From IMG/VR virus record IMGVR_UViG_3300033475_000060, positions 1-43,273 of that record: DNA of 43,273 bases. One strand, written 5' to 3'. The notes under the pieces are model-generated. The model was given only the letters and a program-made list of their open reading frames with translations. It searched no databases and was not told the origin of the DNA. Source of the DNA: a virus (lineage: Duplodnaviria > Caudoviricetes). A program made the translations under genes and the position numbers. The first letter of the stretch is position 1. Each line of letters begins with the position of its first letter. Shown one piece after another: positions 8,952-17,210 of the stretch.

Positions 8952-8966
8952 GTTCCTGATATGTTC
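8952..8966. promoter_or_regulatory. Alphaproteobacterial LexA (SOS) box
   Basis: GTTC-CTGATAT-GTTC, a perfect GTTC-N7-GTTC, intergenic and just upstream of the RBS of 8775..8933. Confidence 0.75.
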
Positions 8967-9153
8967 ACTCTTGCACGAGACAATAGTCCTAGGCAAGAGA
9001 CGCGTGTCCTAATGCACGGGAAACCGCATCGGCCCTGCCTCGCGCTCGTTGGCCTCTCGCGCGATTTGGCAGACCGCCAAATTCACACCTTAGCACACGC
9101 TAACCCTCGCAAGCAGCGCACAGATGCGTAGCCAGCAATAATTTCCGGGTGAT

Positions 9154-9204
9154 CGGTTTTTTTACCGCTCCACTGTTGACAGTCGGTAATTTTACCGCGA
9201 TACT
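9154..9204 (+). promoter_or_regulatory. PL-like promoter with two OL operators
   Basis: CGGTTTTTTTACCG 9154-9167, TTGACA 9176-9181, CGGTAATTTTACCG 9184-9197 in the 17-bp spacer, GATACT 9199-9204. Confidence 0.88.
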
Positions 9205-9249
9205 GCCTCCCATCAGCAGTTCACAGCGAACATGCAACGGAGGCAGAGA

Positions 9250-9501
9250 ATGGCAGGCATAGGCGCAAGCGGCATTCGCATCGGCAATTGGTTCTTGTGG
9301 CTGGACCTTGAGGTCGCTGACCTTCGCAACGACCGCGTTCCGATGGTGACGGCGCGCCGCGCTGTAACTGGCGGCGACGTGCTGTGCCGGGAAATCCTGA
9401 CATGGGAGCATGTTCATTCGCTCCGTAAGGCCGCCGCCGACGCCGAGAAGATGCTTCAAGCATGCGATCCGGCTACCGAAGCCGCTCCCTCAGCCGCCTG
9501 A
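9250..9501 (+). CDS. Hypothetical first gene of the PL operon
   Basis: GGAGG RBS before ATG 9250 within ORF 9232..9501. Confidence 0.7.
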   Translation: MAGIGASGIRIGNWFLWLDLEVADLRNDRVPMVTARRAVTGGDVLCREILTWEHVHSLRKAAADAEKMLQACDPATEAAPSAA

Positions 9502-9510
9502 CCGGGAGCA

Positions 9511-9819
9511 ATGCAGATGAACGCGCACGACGATTTCTGGCCGCTGACTGCAGTCCAAACCCTGTTCCGCCAGCGCGGCTACCAACCGAATGATGGTGGG
9601 CAGGGCGTTGGCTACGAGAAGGGCGACCGAAACGCGATGGATGAGCAAATGCCGCTCACCCGCTCCGATGGCACCGACCTCGCCGCTGTCCGCGAATACT
9701 GGTCTGCCGTTTGCGAGAACGCGATGTTTGACCTCATCGCCTCTCAGGACCGCATGGCTCGCGAACACCGCGATGGACGTATCGGCACAGTGGGTATCGA
9801 GGGGAGGGATGCAGCATGA
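9511..9819 (+). CDS. Hypothetical protein
   Basis: GGGAG RBS; coupled to next gene. Confidence 0.65.
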   Translation: MQMNAHDDFWPLTAVQTLFRQRGYQPNDGGQGVGYEKGDRNAMDEQMPLTRSDGTDLAAVREYWSAVCENAMFDLIASQDRMAREHRDGRIGTVGIEGRDAA

Positions 9820-9998
9820 GCTTGGTGATCCCGCTCCCGTCAATCGCTGCGTTCGTCTTGGGCATCGTGTCAGTTGGGTTTGTCGCTGCGCTGATCGCGA
9901 CGATCAGAGACCTGTCGCTCTTTCCGCTCATGATCCCAGCTACCTTTTTGGCCGTCATCTTCTTCGTGGCATTCGGGCCGATGGCGGTGTCGCCATGA
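9816..9998 (+). CDS. Small two-TM membrane protein
   Basis: Two hydrophobic stretches; ATGA coupling on both sides. Confidence 0.65.
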   Translation: MSLVIPLPSIAAFVLGIVSVGFVAALIATIRDLSLFPLMIPATFLAVIFFVAFGPMAVSP

Positions 9999-10125
9999 CC
10001 ACCTCCCCCATACACCCAGCTACGAAGCCCGATCCGGCAATCCTGGCTGAGGTCAGAGCTGCGAACCTCCCGAGACTTATGCGTGTCGCTGAAACAGTGC
10101 AGCGCGTTGTGAAGGATTACGTGAA

Positions 10126-10365
10126 ATGAGCAGACCCACTCGCCCTCGTCTGTCTGTTGTGCGCCCCGAGGCTGCACCGCTAGATGTGATCGCCAGCGGC
10201 ATCTACCGCGAGACCGACATTCGCCTGGCTGCGGAAGTCCTCTACCGCGTTGCTACGCGGCTCCATGCCATCCCGCGTCGTCCCGAGGTCGCTGACCTCC
10301 GCGCTCTGGAACTTGAGCGCTTCGAGTCCGCCGTCAACGTCATGCGGGAGGCGATCAATGGCTGA
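10126..10365 (+). CDS. Hypothetical protein
   Basis: Co-oriented ORF overlapping its neighbours' stop/start. Confidence 0.6.
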   Translation: MSRPTRPRLSVVRPEAAPLDVIASGIYRETDIRLAAEVLYRVATRLHAIPRRPEVADLRALELERFESAVNVMREAING

Positions 10366-10864
10366 CTACATCGCAGTTGACGCAGCATACACCGCCAAGG
10401 CCATCGACGCCATGCTCGCGGCCTACCCCGAGCTGATGGAGGATGACGACCTTCGCGCCGATACGCTGGAAGGGGAAACCAATGTCGTTCCAATGCTGTC
10501 GAGGATCGTACGGGCGCGCAATGAGCGGCTAGCACAGGCCGAAGGGCTGAACCTCTACATCAAGGAACTGACTGAGCGCCGAGACCGCATGTCTAGGGGC
10601 GCTGATGGGCTCAAAGGCCTCGCGCTCAAGCTCATGGCGACCGCCAGTCTGCCCAAGCTCGAGTTGCCGGAAGCCACCCTGTCCGTGAGCGCTGGCCGAT
10701 CGTCGGTATCCATTGTCGACATCGAGGAGCTGCCGCAGGGAACGTTCGTGACTGAACGCAAGCCGGACAAAGCGACAATCAAGGCGCTGCTTGAGGCGGG
10801 CGAGGACGTACCAGGCGCGGCGCTCGTGACCGGCGAGAACACCCTTACCGTGAGGATCAAATGA
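10358..10864 (+). CDS. Siphovirus Gp157-family protein
   Basis: DTLEGE..coiled coil..PDKATIKALLEAGEDVPGAAL..LTVR; adjacent to recombinase; ATG 10358 after GGGAGG. Confidence 0.88.
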   Translation: MADYIAVDAAYTAKAIDAMLAAYPELMEDDDLRADTLEGETNVVPMLSRIVRARNERLAQAEGLNLYIKELTERRDRMSRGADGLKGLALKLMATASLPKLELPEATLSVSAGRSSVSIVDIEELPQGTFVTERKPDKATIKALLEAGEDVPGAALVTGENTLTVRIK

Positions 10865-11559
10865 TCGACCTCAAGGCGCTTGCCGAGGACTTCCCCAAAT
10901 CGGCCGTGTCGTGGCGCTCGCAGAGCCTCACCAAGGACGGTAAGAAAGCGATGGCTCTCGCCTACATTGACGCCCGCGACGTGATGGATCGGCTGGATAC
11001 GATTTGCGGGCCGGCAAATTGGCAGGACCGCTACGAGTTCCATGGCTCGCGAACCGTTTGCTACCTAAGCATCCGCATTGACGAGGAATGGATCACCAAG
11101 GCCGATGGCGCTGGCGACAGTGACGTTGAGGCCGAAAAGGGCGCTATCAGCGATGCGCTCAAGCGCGCCGCCGTGAAGTGGGGCATCGGCCGCTACCTGT
11201 ACGCCATGCCGACACCGTGGGTTCCCTGCGAAAGCTACGACAAGAACGGCAAACTCTACTGGTCCAAGTGGACCGCCGACCCGTGGTCATTCGTCCGCGG
11301 CGGCGATGCCCCGCTACAGACGCCGCCAGCCAACGACCCGCCAGCTGAGGTCGTCCGCCTCAAGGCCGGTGACGGCGCAGACAAGCTTTATGCGCGGTTG
11401 GTTCAGCAACTGAACGAAGCGGCGATGGTGAACATCGCAACGCTCGGGAAGGTCTGGGCTGACAACAAGACCGACATCAAGCGCCTGCCGGAACCGCGCG
11501 AACTCGATCTGATCGATCTTAAAGAGGCTCTGAAGGCGAAGGCCATTGCAGCCGCTTAA
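10861..11559 (+). CDS. Rad52/Rad22-family (Sak) single-strand annealing protein
   Basis: LAYIDARDVMDRLD..GPANW..KGAISDALKRAAVKWGIGRYLY. Confidence 0.92.
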   Translation: MIDLKALAEDFPKSAVSWRSQSLTKDGKKAMALAYIDARDVMDRLDTICGPANWQDRYEFHGSRTVCYLSIRIDEEWITKADGAGDSDVEAEKGAISDALKRAAVKWGIGRYLYAMPTPWVPCESYDKNGKLYWSKWTADPWSFVRGGDAPLQTPPANDPPAEVVRLKAGDGADKLYARLVQQLNEAAMVNIATLGKVWADNKTDIKRLPEPRELDLIDLKEALKAKAIAAA

Positions 11560-11614
11560 CCCATCCCCACGACAAGGGCGGGGAGCTACCCAACAAGGGC
11601 TCCCCGATATCTCG

Positions 11615-12076
11615 GTGACCACTAGAGCGATAAAGAACCCCGACGACCTGGCGCTGCTCAAGGTCTATCTCGACCAGCGGAAGCGACCGTTCACGATTGA
11701 CGTGACGGATGGCCGCGACCGCTCGTCAGAGCAGAACCGCCTTTCGCACAAGTGGTACAAGGAAATCGCCGATCAGACTGGCGAGGCCGTCGATGAAGTC
11801 CGCGCCCGCTGCAAGCTTGAGCTTGGCGTCCCGATCATGCGCGAGGCATCGGACAAGTTCCGCGCCACCTACGACCGGCTGATCCGACCGCTCGACTATG
11901 CCGACAAGCTGGCACTGATCCGGGACACCGACATGCCCGTCACGCGGCTGATGGGCGTTGGCGACATGAGCCGGTACATGGACCAGGTGTTCGAACGCCA
12001 TGCGTCGTTCGGCATTGAGCTGACCATTCCCGAGGACAAGTTCGCGTATTCGCCGCGCCGAAAGGATGCAGCATGA
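11615..12076 (+). CDS. NinB/Orf-like recombination accessory protein
   Basis: RSSEQNRLSHKWYKEIA..TRLMGVGDMSRYMDQV..GIELT. Confidence 0.75.
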   Translation: MTTRAIKNPDDLALLKVYLDQRKRPFTIDVTDGRDRSSEQNRLSHKWYKEIADQTGEAVDEVRARCKLELGVPIMREASDKFRATYDRLIRPLDYADKLALIRDTDMPVTRLMGVGDMSRYMDQVFERHASFGIELTIPEDKFAYSPRRKDAA

Positions 12077-12330
12077 GCCCGGATCATCTCGCTCTCGCCC
12101 GTCATGCTCTTGGCCTTCCCAATACGCGTGGCCGTTCGTATCGCAACCGCTTCTTCGCCAGCAAAGGCAGCCTCAATTGGGACGACCTTCACGACATGGT
12201 CGCGCTTGGCTTGATGAACGCCGAGGACGTCGGGGAACAGACGCATTTCTGGCTGACCCGTCTCGGCGCAGAAGAGGCGCTGCAGGCAGGCGAGACATTG
12301 GACACGGAGGACTTCCCAGATGTCCCGTAG
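12073..12330 (+). CDS. Hypothetical winged-helix-like protein
   Basis: ARHALGL..YRNRF..MVALGLM..FWLTRLG; coupled in operon. Confidence 0.7.
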   Translation: MSPDHLALARHALGLPNTRGRSYRNRFFASKGSLNWDDLHDMVALGLMNAEDVGEQTHFWLTRLGAEEALQAGETLDTEDFPDVP

Positions 12331-12703
12331 CGTCGAAGCCTGGACCGGCAAGACCGATGACAGCGCCATCCCACGCCGCGTGAAACTTAGAGTCTGGGAC
12401 CGTGAACAAGGCCGGTGTCATCGCTGCTCGAGGAAGAGCCCGGTCGGTGATGCCTGGATCATTGAGCATCGCATCGCCCTGATCAACGGCGGCGCCAATG
12501 CAGAGCCAAACCTGTGTCTGTCCTGCTCGTGGTGCAAGCCGCTCAAGGACGCCGAGGACGTAGCCGAGAAGGTCGAGACGTACCGGGTTCGGTCGAAGCA
12601 CGTCCTGCCGAAAGGGCCATCCCGGCTTCAATCCCGCGGATTCCCGAAATCTCCGCCCCAACACACCGCATCCCGTCCACTGCGAAAGGCAGCAGAGAAA
12701 TGA
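12320..12703 (+). CDS. HNH endonuclease
   Basis: CHRC..IEHRIALINGGAN..NL..CSWC. Confidence 0.88.
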   Translation: MSRSVEAWTGKTDDSAIPRRVKLRVWDREQGRCHRCSRKSPVGDAWIIEHRIALINGGANAEPNLCLSCSWCKPLKDAEDVAEKVETYRVRSKHVLPKGPSRLQSRGFPKSPPQHTASRPLRKAAEK

Positions 12704-13128
12704 CCAGCCTAGTGGAAGCAAATGCTCGCATCGACTTCATGCTCCATATCGCCGGCGCGGTCACAGACCCAGAGGCGCTGCCCCCACAATTCACCGACTT
12801 TCTCGAAGATGCGTGGTTAGCCGGGGATCATACCGGCGAACTCGCCCGCCTGATCTGGCCGTGGTTTGGCGACGTTATCGCCGAGTCTGATGATCGCGAT
12901 GAAGCCGAGACGAACGCCGAGATCGCCGCCCGTCTGTTCGGCTTCCCAGGCTACTTGGTCTACGCATCGACCCCCGTAATGCAGAAGGGCAAAAGAGGCC
13001 TGAGTTACTTCAGCTGGGGCTACACCAACAACGCGTACCTCTACGCCGAGACGTCTGATGACATCGAGCGCGTCGTCTGCGAATGGGCCCTCGTCAGGCA
13101 GAATGAGGATGCGGAGCCCACCCCATGA
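12700..13128 (+). CDS. Hypothetical acidic protein
   Basis: ATGA overlap with HNH stop. Confidence 0.7.
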   Translation: MTSLVEANARIDFMLHIAGAVTDPEALPPQFTDFLEDAWLAGDHTGELARLIWPWFGDVIAESDDRDEAETNAEIAARLFGFPGYLVYASTPVMQKGKRGLSYFSWGYTNNAYLYAETSDDIERVVCEWALVRQNEDAEPTP

Positions 13129-13337
13129 CCCTCGTATCCGACCTTATCGCAGCACGGGCTCTGAAAACCGCCGAGGATCATTGCGATTGGTGCGGCGGCG
13201 AACTCGGTGCCGGCAGGACTTGGGTGATGGCCAATTGGCGAAGTGAGTACCTGCGCGTCCATCCGCACTGTGCCCACGAAGTGATGGCCAAGAATAAATC
13301 GACCCTCGCCAAATCCAATGGAGCTGAGAATGGTTGA
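13125..13337 (+). CDS. Small putative zinc-binding protein
   Basis: CDWC...HPHC motif; ATGA coupling. Confidence 0.6.
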   Translation: MTLVSDLIAARALKTAEDHCDWCGGELGAGRTWVMANWRSEYLRVHPHCAHEVMAKNKSTLAKSNGAENG

Positions 13338-13668
13338 GAAGAGCGCCCTGATCGAGCAGATCGACGCGTTGCTGGCACTCGACGCCACCGGAAAACTCGT
13401 GCCTCACGGTATTGGCGGTTTGGCGCGCGAGCTGCTGACCACATGCCGCGATGAACTTGCGTTTGCACCGTCGTCACCCACGATGAACGCGCCACGTACT
13501 CGGGTCCGCCAGACATCGTACGACTGGCGTGTAGATCGCCTCGTGCTCGGCTTCATCTGGCTGCCAATGGGCCGCTGGATACACCAAGATTGGTGGTGCC
13601 CGTACCAATTCCAATCGGTCGCCGACGCGCTGACATTCCAAGCCGCCCTCGGTGAACCCCATGCTTAA
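13330..13668 (+). CDS. Hypothetical protein
   Basis: GGAG RBS before ATG 13330. Confidence 0.6.
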   Translation: MVEKSALIEQIDALLALDATGKLVPHGIGGLARELLTTCRDELAFAPSSPTMNAPRTRVRQTSYDWRVDRLVLGFIWLPMGRWIHQDWWCPYQFQSVADALTFQAALGEPHA

Positions 13669-14326
13669 CCAACCACTAGAGGGATTGATAGAGAGGGTGG
13701 CCGCGCTCTACGTCGAGACGGGCGGGGCCTACTGGAACCTGCCAGGCGTAGAGGCTTGGGATGAAGCGCGTGACGCTCGGACCTATGCCGGGCCGTGGCC
13801 CGCTGTGGCGCATCCTCCGTGCCAGCGCTGGGGCCGTTTTTGGCACGGCTCAACCCGGAAGCCTCACCAGTTCAAGCTAGGCGATGATGGGGGATGTTTT
13901 GCGGCGGCGCTCGCGTCTGTTCGCCAATGGGGCGGCATCCTGGAACATCCGGCGCACTCCCGAGCTTGGGATGCGTTCGGTCTCAACCGCCCGCCCATGG
14001 ATGGTGGATGGATAGCGGCAGGCTTCGAAGGCGGCTGGACCTGTCACGTCGAGCAGGGCTTCTACGGCCACGAGTCCCGCAAGCCTACTTGGTTGTTTGC
14101 CTCTGGTGTGGACCTCCCCGAGCTTCGCTGGGGTCGCGGCGAGCAGCGCATCCCTGAGTGGATGATTGAGCGGTACGGCTACGAAAAAGCCAGGCGTATC
14201 GGCGTTGTCGCCATGGTGGGCGGGAAGAACAAGACACGCATCCGCAACGCTACCCCACCCGAGTTTCGCGACCTTCTCATTTCCATAGCGCGTACAGCGC
14301 GCCAGCCAGCCGAGGCAGCAGCATGA
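13661..14326 (+). CDS. Degenerate C5-cytosine methyltransferase-like protein
   Basis: AHPPC (motif IV), ILEHP (VI), HESRKPTWL (VIII), RNATPPEF (X-like); no FxGxG motif I. Confidence 0.65.
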   Translation: MLNQPLEGLIERVAALYVETGGAYWNLPGVEAWDEARDARTYAGPWPAVAHPPCQRWGRFWHGSTRKPHQFKLGDDGGCFAAALASVRQWGGILEHPAHSRAWDAFGLNRPPMDGGWIAAGFEGGWTCHVEQGFYGHESRKPTWLFASGVDLPELRWGRGEQRIPEWMIERYGYEKARRIGVVAMVGGKNKTRIRNATPPEFRDLLISIARTARQPAEAAA

Positions 14327-15288
14327 CAACCACAATAGAAGATGACGGGCTGCGGGCCGCAGAGCAGTGGCGCGATCTTGCGTTGCAGTTCGACGGACAT
14401 CGCATCGAAGCGCTGTCGCTGTTGCGATACGTGGCTGAGGCACGGAATACCGTCGAGGTCGTTGGCCGTGTTAGCCAGATCGCCCCGTTCCTCGCCAAGC
14501 CGCCGCTCAGTGGTGAGGCTGTCCTCGCAGAACGTCTTGCCGCCCTTCGTTCATCCCCCGCAGAGCCGGAAATGGACCTGTGGCCTGATGACCCGGCGCC
14601 AATCGCCGACAAGGCCGCAGACCATGTGTTCAAGGATTTTGCCAAGGCGCTAGGCCTCGAAACATGGAGCCCGCAGGACGGCTCGGAGACGTGGGAAGGC
14701 GACGTGTGGGCAACATGCGTCCGCATGCTCGAAGATGCTGGCGTCATCGACCCTGAAACGGGCGAACTTCGTTCATCTCCCGCAGTGGATGGGGTGGGAG
14801 TGAAACCGCTCGTTTGGCGAGAACTCACTGCCGACCGTGGGGATGGCGCCCGCGAGCCAAACGGAGACTGGGAGGCTGAAACGCCGTTGGGCTTCTACGA
14901 AATCGAAATGATCTGGGTCGGCGAGATCGCAGTATGGGGCCTCACCTATGGCACCGGCAACGGCTACATCGGCGGCGATTGGCACTCACCAGATGACGCT
15001 AAAGCCGCCGCGCAGGCCGACTACGAGACGAGGGTCCGCTCCGCTCTCTCCCCCACCAGTGATCGCGCGAGCGTTGACCCGGCTGACCTGCAATTGTTGA
15101 TGCAGTTGAAGCGCGACAACGTGTGGGACGGCGCGCGGTCGGTGGTCGAGAGCGACTTTGAGCAGTGCTTCCGCCTGAGCGATGTTGGGCTGATTGCGCT
15201 CGAACAGGTCGCGCAGGGCGTTCGGCTGCACATCACCAGGCTCGGCGTCAAAGCCATCGACGCCGCCCTTTCCCCGAGGTCATCATGA
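14323..15288 (+). CDS. Mosaic multi-module hypothetical protein
   Basis: Modules separated by LRSSPA/ALSP linkers; VKPLVW..DDAKAAAQADYE module. Confidence 0.75.
   Translation: MTTTIEDDGLRAAEQWRDLALQFDGHRIEALSLLRYVAEARNTVEVVGRVSQIAPFLAKPPLSGEAVLAERLAALRSSPAEPEMDLWPDDPAPIADKAADHVFKDFAKALGLETWSPQDGSETWEGDVWATCVRMLEDAGVIDPETGELRSSPAVDGVGVKPLVWRELTADRGDGAREPNGDWEAETPLGFYEIEMIWVGEIAVWGLTYGTGNGYIGGDWHSPDDAKAAAQADYETRVRSALSPTSDRASVDPADLQLLMQLKRDNVWDGARSVVESDFEQCFRLSDVGLIALEQVAQGVRLHITRLGVKAIDAALSPRSS
14545..14785 (+). repeat. 19-bp direct repeat (1 mismatch), in frame, 222 bp apart
   Basis: CTTCGTTCATCCCCCGCAG 14545-14563; CTTCGTTCATCTCCCGCAG 14767-14785. Confidence 0.85.
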
Positions 15289-15497
15289 GGCCCGACCGAA
15301 AGCTGATAACCGACATGTTCGTGCGGGTCTGTCGAGACAGCGGCCACTCCCTCGATGCAGTTCGCGCGATGACGCTGACCGCCAACATCCTGCACATCCA
15401 CCCGCTTGAGGTCGGCTACGCAATGCCCAGCCTGCAAGCGGCCCAGGACATTGCAGCCGGTCGCCTCGCTCTATCCAAGGAAGGGGAAACATCGTGA
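15285..15497 (+). CDS. Hypothetical protein (MRPDRKLITDMF...)
   Basis: GAGG RBS, ATGA overlap. Confidence 0.6.
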   Translation: MRPDRKLITDMFVRVCRDSGHSLDAVRAMTLTANILHIHPLEVGYAMPSLQAAQDIAAGRLALSKEGETS

Positions 15498-16027
15498 GCA
15501 ACGAGAACGAACTGCTGGGCGGGATTGCGCCTGAACACTTCGCCGCTCTGGCTGAGAACCTGCGCAAGGTCCACTCAGGCGGCGTTGTGGACAGCCGCGT
15601 CCTTGAGGCGGCAAACGTCCTCGCGGACCTCGCCCGCCGCCCCATCCTCTCAGATGAAGCGGTGGAGAGGGCTGCGAAGGGAATGTGCGCCGCCGCCCAT
15701 CCACGGCTGGACCCCGATGCTATGATGCCAGCACAGCGAGGGCAGTCCGGTATGATGCCAAAATGGCGGCTGTACGAACATCTGGCCCGCGCCGCCCTCA
15801 CGGCAGCATTATCCTCTCCACCAGAGCCCGTCCCATCTTCCCCGGTTGGCATCGCCGCCCTGTTGGACGCGTATGACGCCGAGACGCGGAAACTGCCGCT
15901 TGGGCACGAGACGCCAAGGCTCGGGACATCAACCTATAACTGGCGGCGTTCGGTCGTTGATGACTTGCGAAAGCTTGCCGGACTACCTCTCCCCGCAGCC
16001 CCAGCACATAGGGAGGTGGGGGAGTGA
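15494..16027 (+). CDS. Mosaic hypothetical protein
   Basis: SDEAVERAAKGMC..ARAALTAAL module; GTGA coupling. Confidence 0.65.
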   Translation: MSNENELLGGIAPEHFAALAENLRKVHSGGVVDSRVLEAANVLADLARRPILSDEAVERAAKGMCAAAHPRLDPDAMMPAQRGQSGMMPKWRLYEHLARAALTAALSSPPEPVPSSPVGIAALLDAYDAETRKLPLGHETPRLGTSTYNWRRSVVDDLRKLAGLPLPAAPAHREVGE

Positions 16028-16278
16028 AGCAGATCACACGCACCGTCCTGAAGAACATCGCTCGCATCCCGCCGGGAGACGCCTACTGGACAAGCGACAT
16101 TGCCTACGATTGTCGCATGGACACGGCAAAGACAAGGCGCCAGTTGGAGGAGCTGCAGCGGCTCGGCTATGCCGAGAAGGTCGCGCCAGGGGGTGCTGGG
16201 TATCCCGCCAGTTGGCGCATAACCGACCTTGGCCGCGCCGCCCTCCCCACCCCTCCCACCGGAGGCTCCAATGGATGA
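16024..16278 (+). CDS. Winged-helix protein
   Basis: TSDIA..TRRQLEELQRLGYAEK..WRITDLGRAAL. Confidence 0.7.
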   Translation: MKQITRTVLKNIARIPPGDAYWTSDIAYDCRMDTAKTRRQLEELQRLGYAEKVAPGGAGYPASWRITDLGRAALPTPPTGGSNG

Positions 16279-16762
16279 CACCGTGGAAGGGCTGGTGAAG
16301 CGGCTGCGGGCTAGGACGTTCTCCAAGTGGTCCAGCGACATTCAGGCGGTTGAGGATTTCGAAGACGAACTCGCGTCCGAAGCCGCCTCCGCCATAGAAG
16401 CTCTCGTGGTGGAGAGAGACGAGCGGCAGCCGCATTTCGAGGGCGTAGCGAAGCACAAGCTCGACGACCTGTTGACGCGAGGTTGGGCGATCAGCGGATA
16501 CTCCATCACCAAGGACGGCGAGTACGGACTGGTCACGACCGGCGGCTTTGTCGGCTGGTGGACAGTCGCGTCGAACAACGCAGACGCCGCCGAAGCCCGC
16601 GCTCTAGCCGCAGAGGCCCAACGGGATAAGCTGGCGGAGGCGGTGGAGCGCATCATCGATGCGAACGACGACTACCTCATGCACAACCCTACCGGCGAAC
16701 CCGACGCGCTGACCACGGCCTGCGCTGCCGCCCGCTCCACCCTTGATGAGATAGCCCCATGA
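16271..16762 (+). CDS. Ead/Ea22-like coiled-coil mosaic protein
   Basis: LVKRLR..EAASAIEAL..AEARALAAEAQRDKLAEA; GGAGG RBS. Confidence 0.65.
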   Translation: MDDTVEGLVKRLRARTFSKWSSDIQAVEDFEDELASEAASAIEALVVERDERQPHFEGVAKHKLDDLLTRGWAISGYSITKDGEYGLVTTGGFVGWWTVASNNADAAEARALAAEAQRDKLAEAVERIIDANDDYLMHNPTGEPDALTTACAAARSTLDEIAP

Positions 16763-16866
16763 GGCTCACCGGTCCCTACATCAACTATGTCGCCATCTTC
16801 GTAGCCCTTGGGATAGTGGCTATTGCTGCGTACCAGGGGATGAAGTGGTTGGGGGTGGTGCCGTGA
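16759..16866 (+). CDS. 35-aa single-TM protein
   Basis: Manual translation MRLTGPYINYVAIFVALGIVAIAAYQGMKWLGVVP; ATGA and GTGA coupling on both sides. Confidence 0.55.
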   Translation: MRLTGPYINYVAIFVALGIVAIAAYQGMKWLGVVP

Positions 16867-17210
16867 GCCTACCGCAAATCCTCACCATGGAGGAGGCCGC
16901 TGATCATCTCCGGGTAAGCAGGCGAATCCTGCAGGAGATCATCAAGGATCACCCCTTCTACCGCAACATCGGCCGGCGTAAGGTCTTCACCTCCGACGAC
17001 CTCACCCGCCTGATTGAGGCCCTGCCATGCCCCTCGAGCTCAAATCGCCCCGTGCGGGGAAATCGCCGAATTACTCGATCCGCGGCACCTACTACGGGGT
17101 CCGAGTTGATCGAACTACGGGCACTCCTGACAAGGCCAAAGCGCGGAAGTACCTCCAGCGCATCAAAGCCGACATCGAAAGTGGTGCCTATACGCCGCCA
17201 GGCGCAGTGA
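16863..17210 (+). CDS. xis: Excisionase-like HTH protein with C-terminal extension overlapping int
   Basis: ILTMEEAADHLRVSRRIL..IGRRKVFTSDDL directly before int. Confidence 0.75.
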   Translation: MSLPQILTMEEAADHLRVSRRILQEIIKDHPFYRNIGRRKVFTSDDLTRLIEALPCPSSSNRPVRGNRRITRSAAPTTGSELIELRALLTRPKRGSTSSASKPTSKVVPIRRQAQ

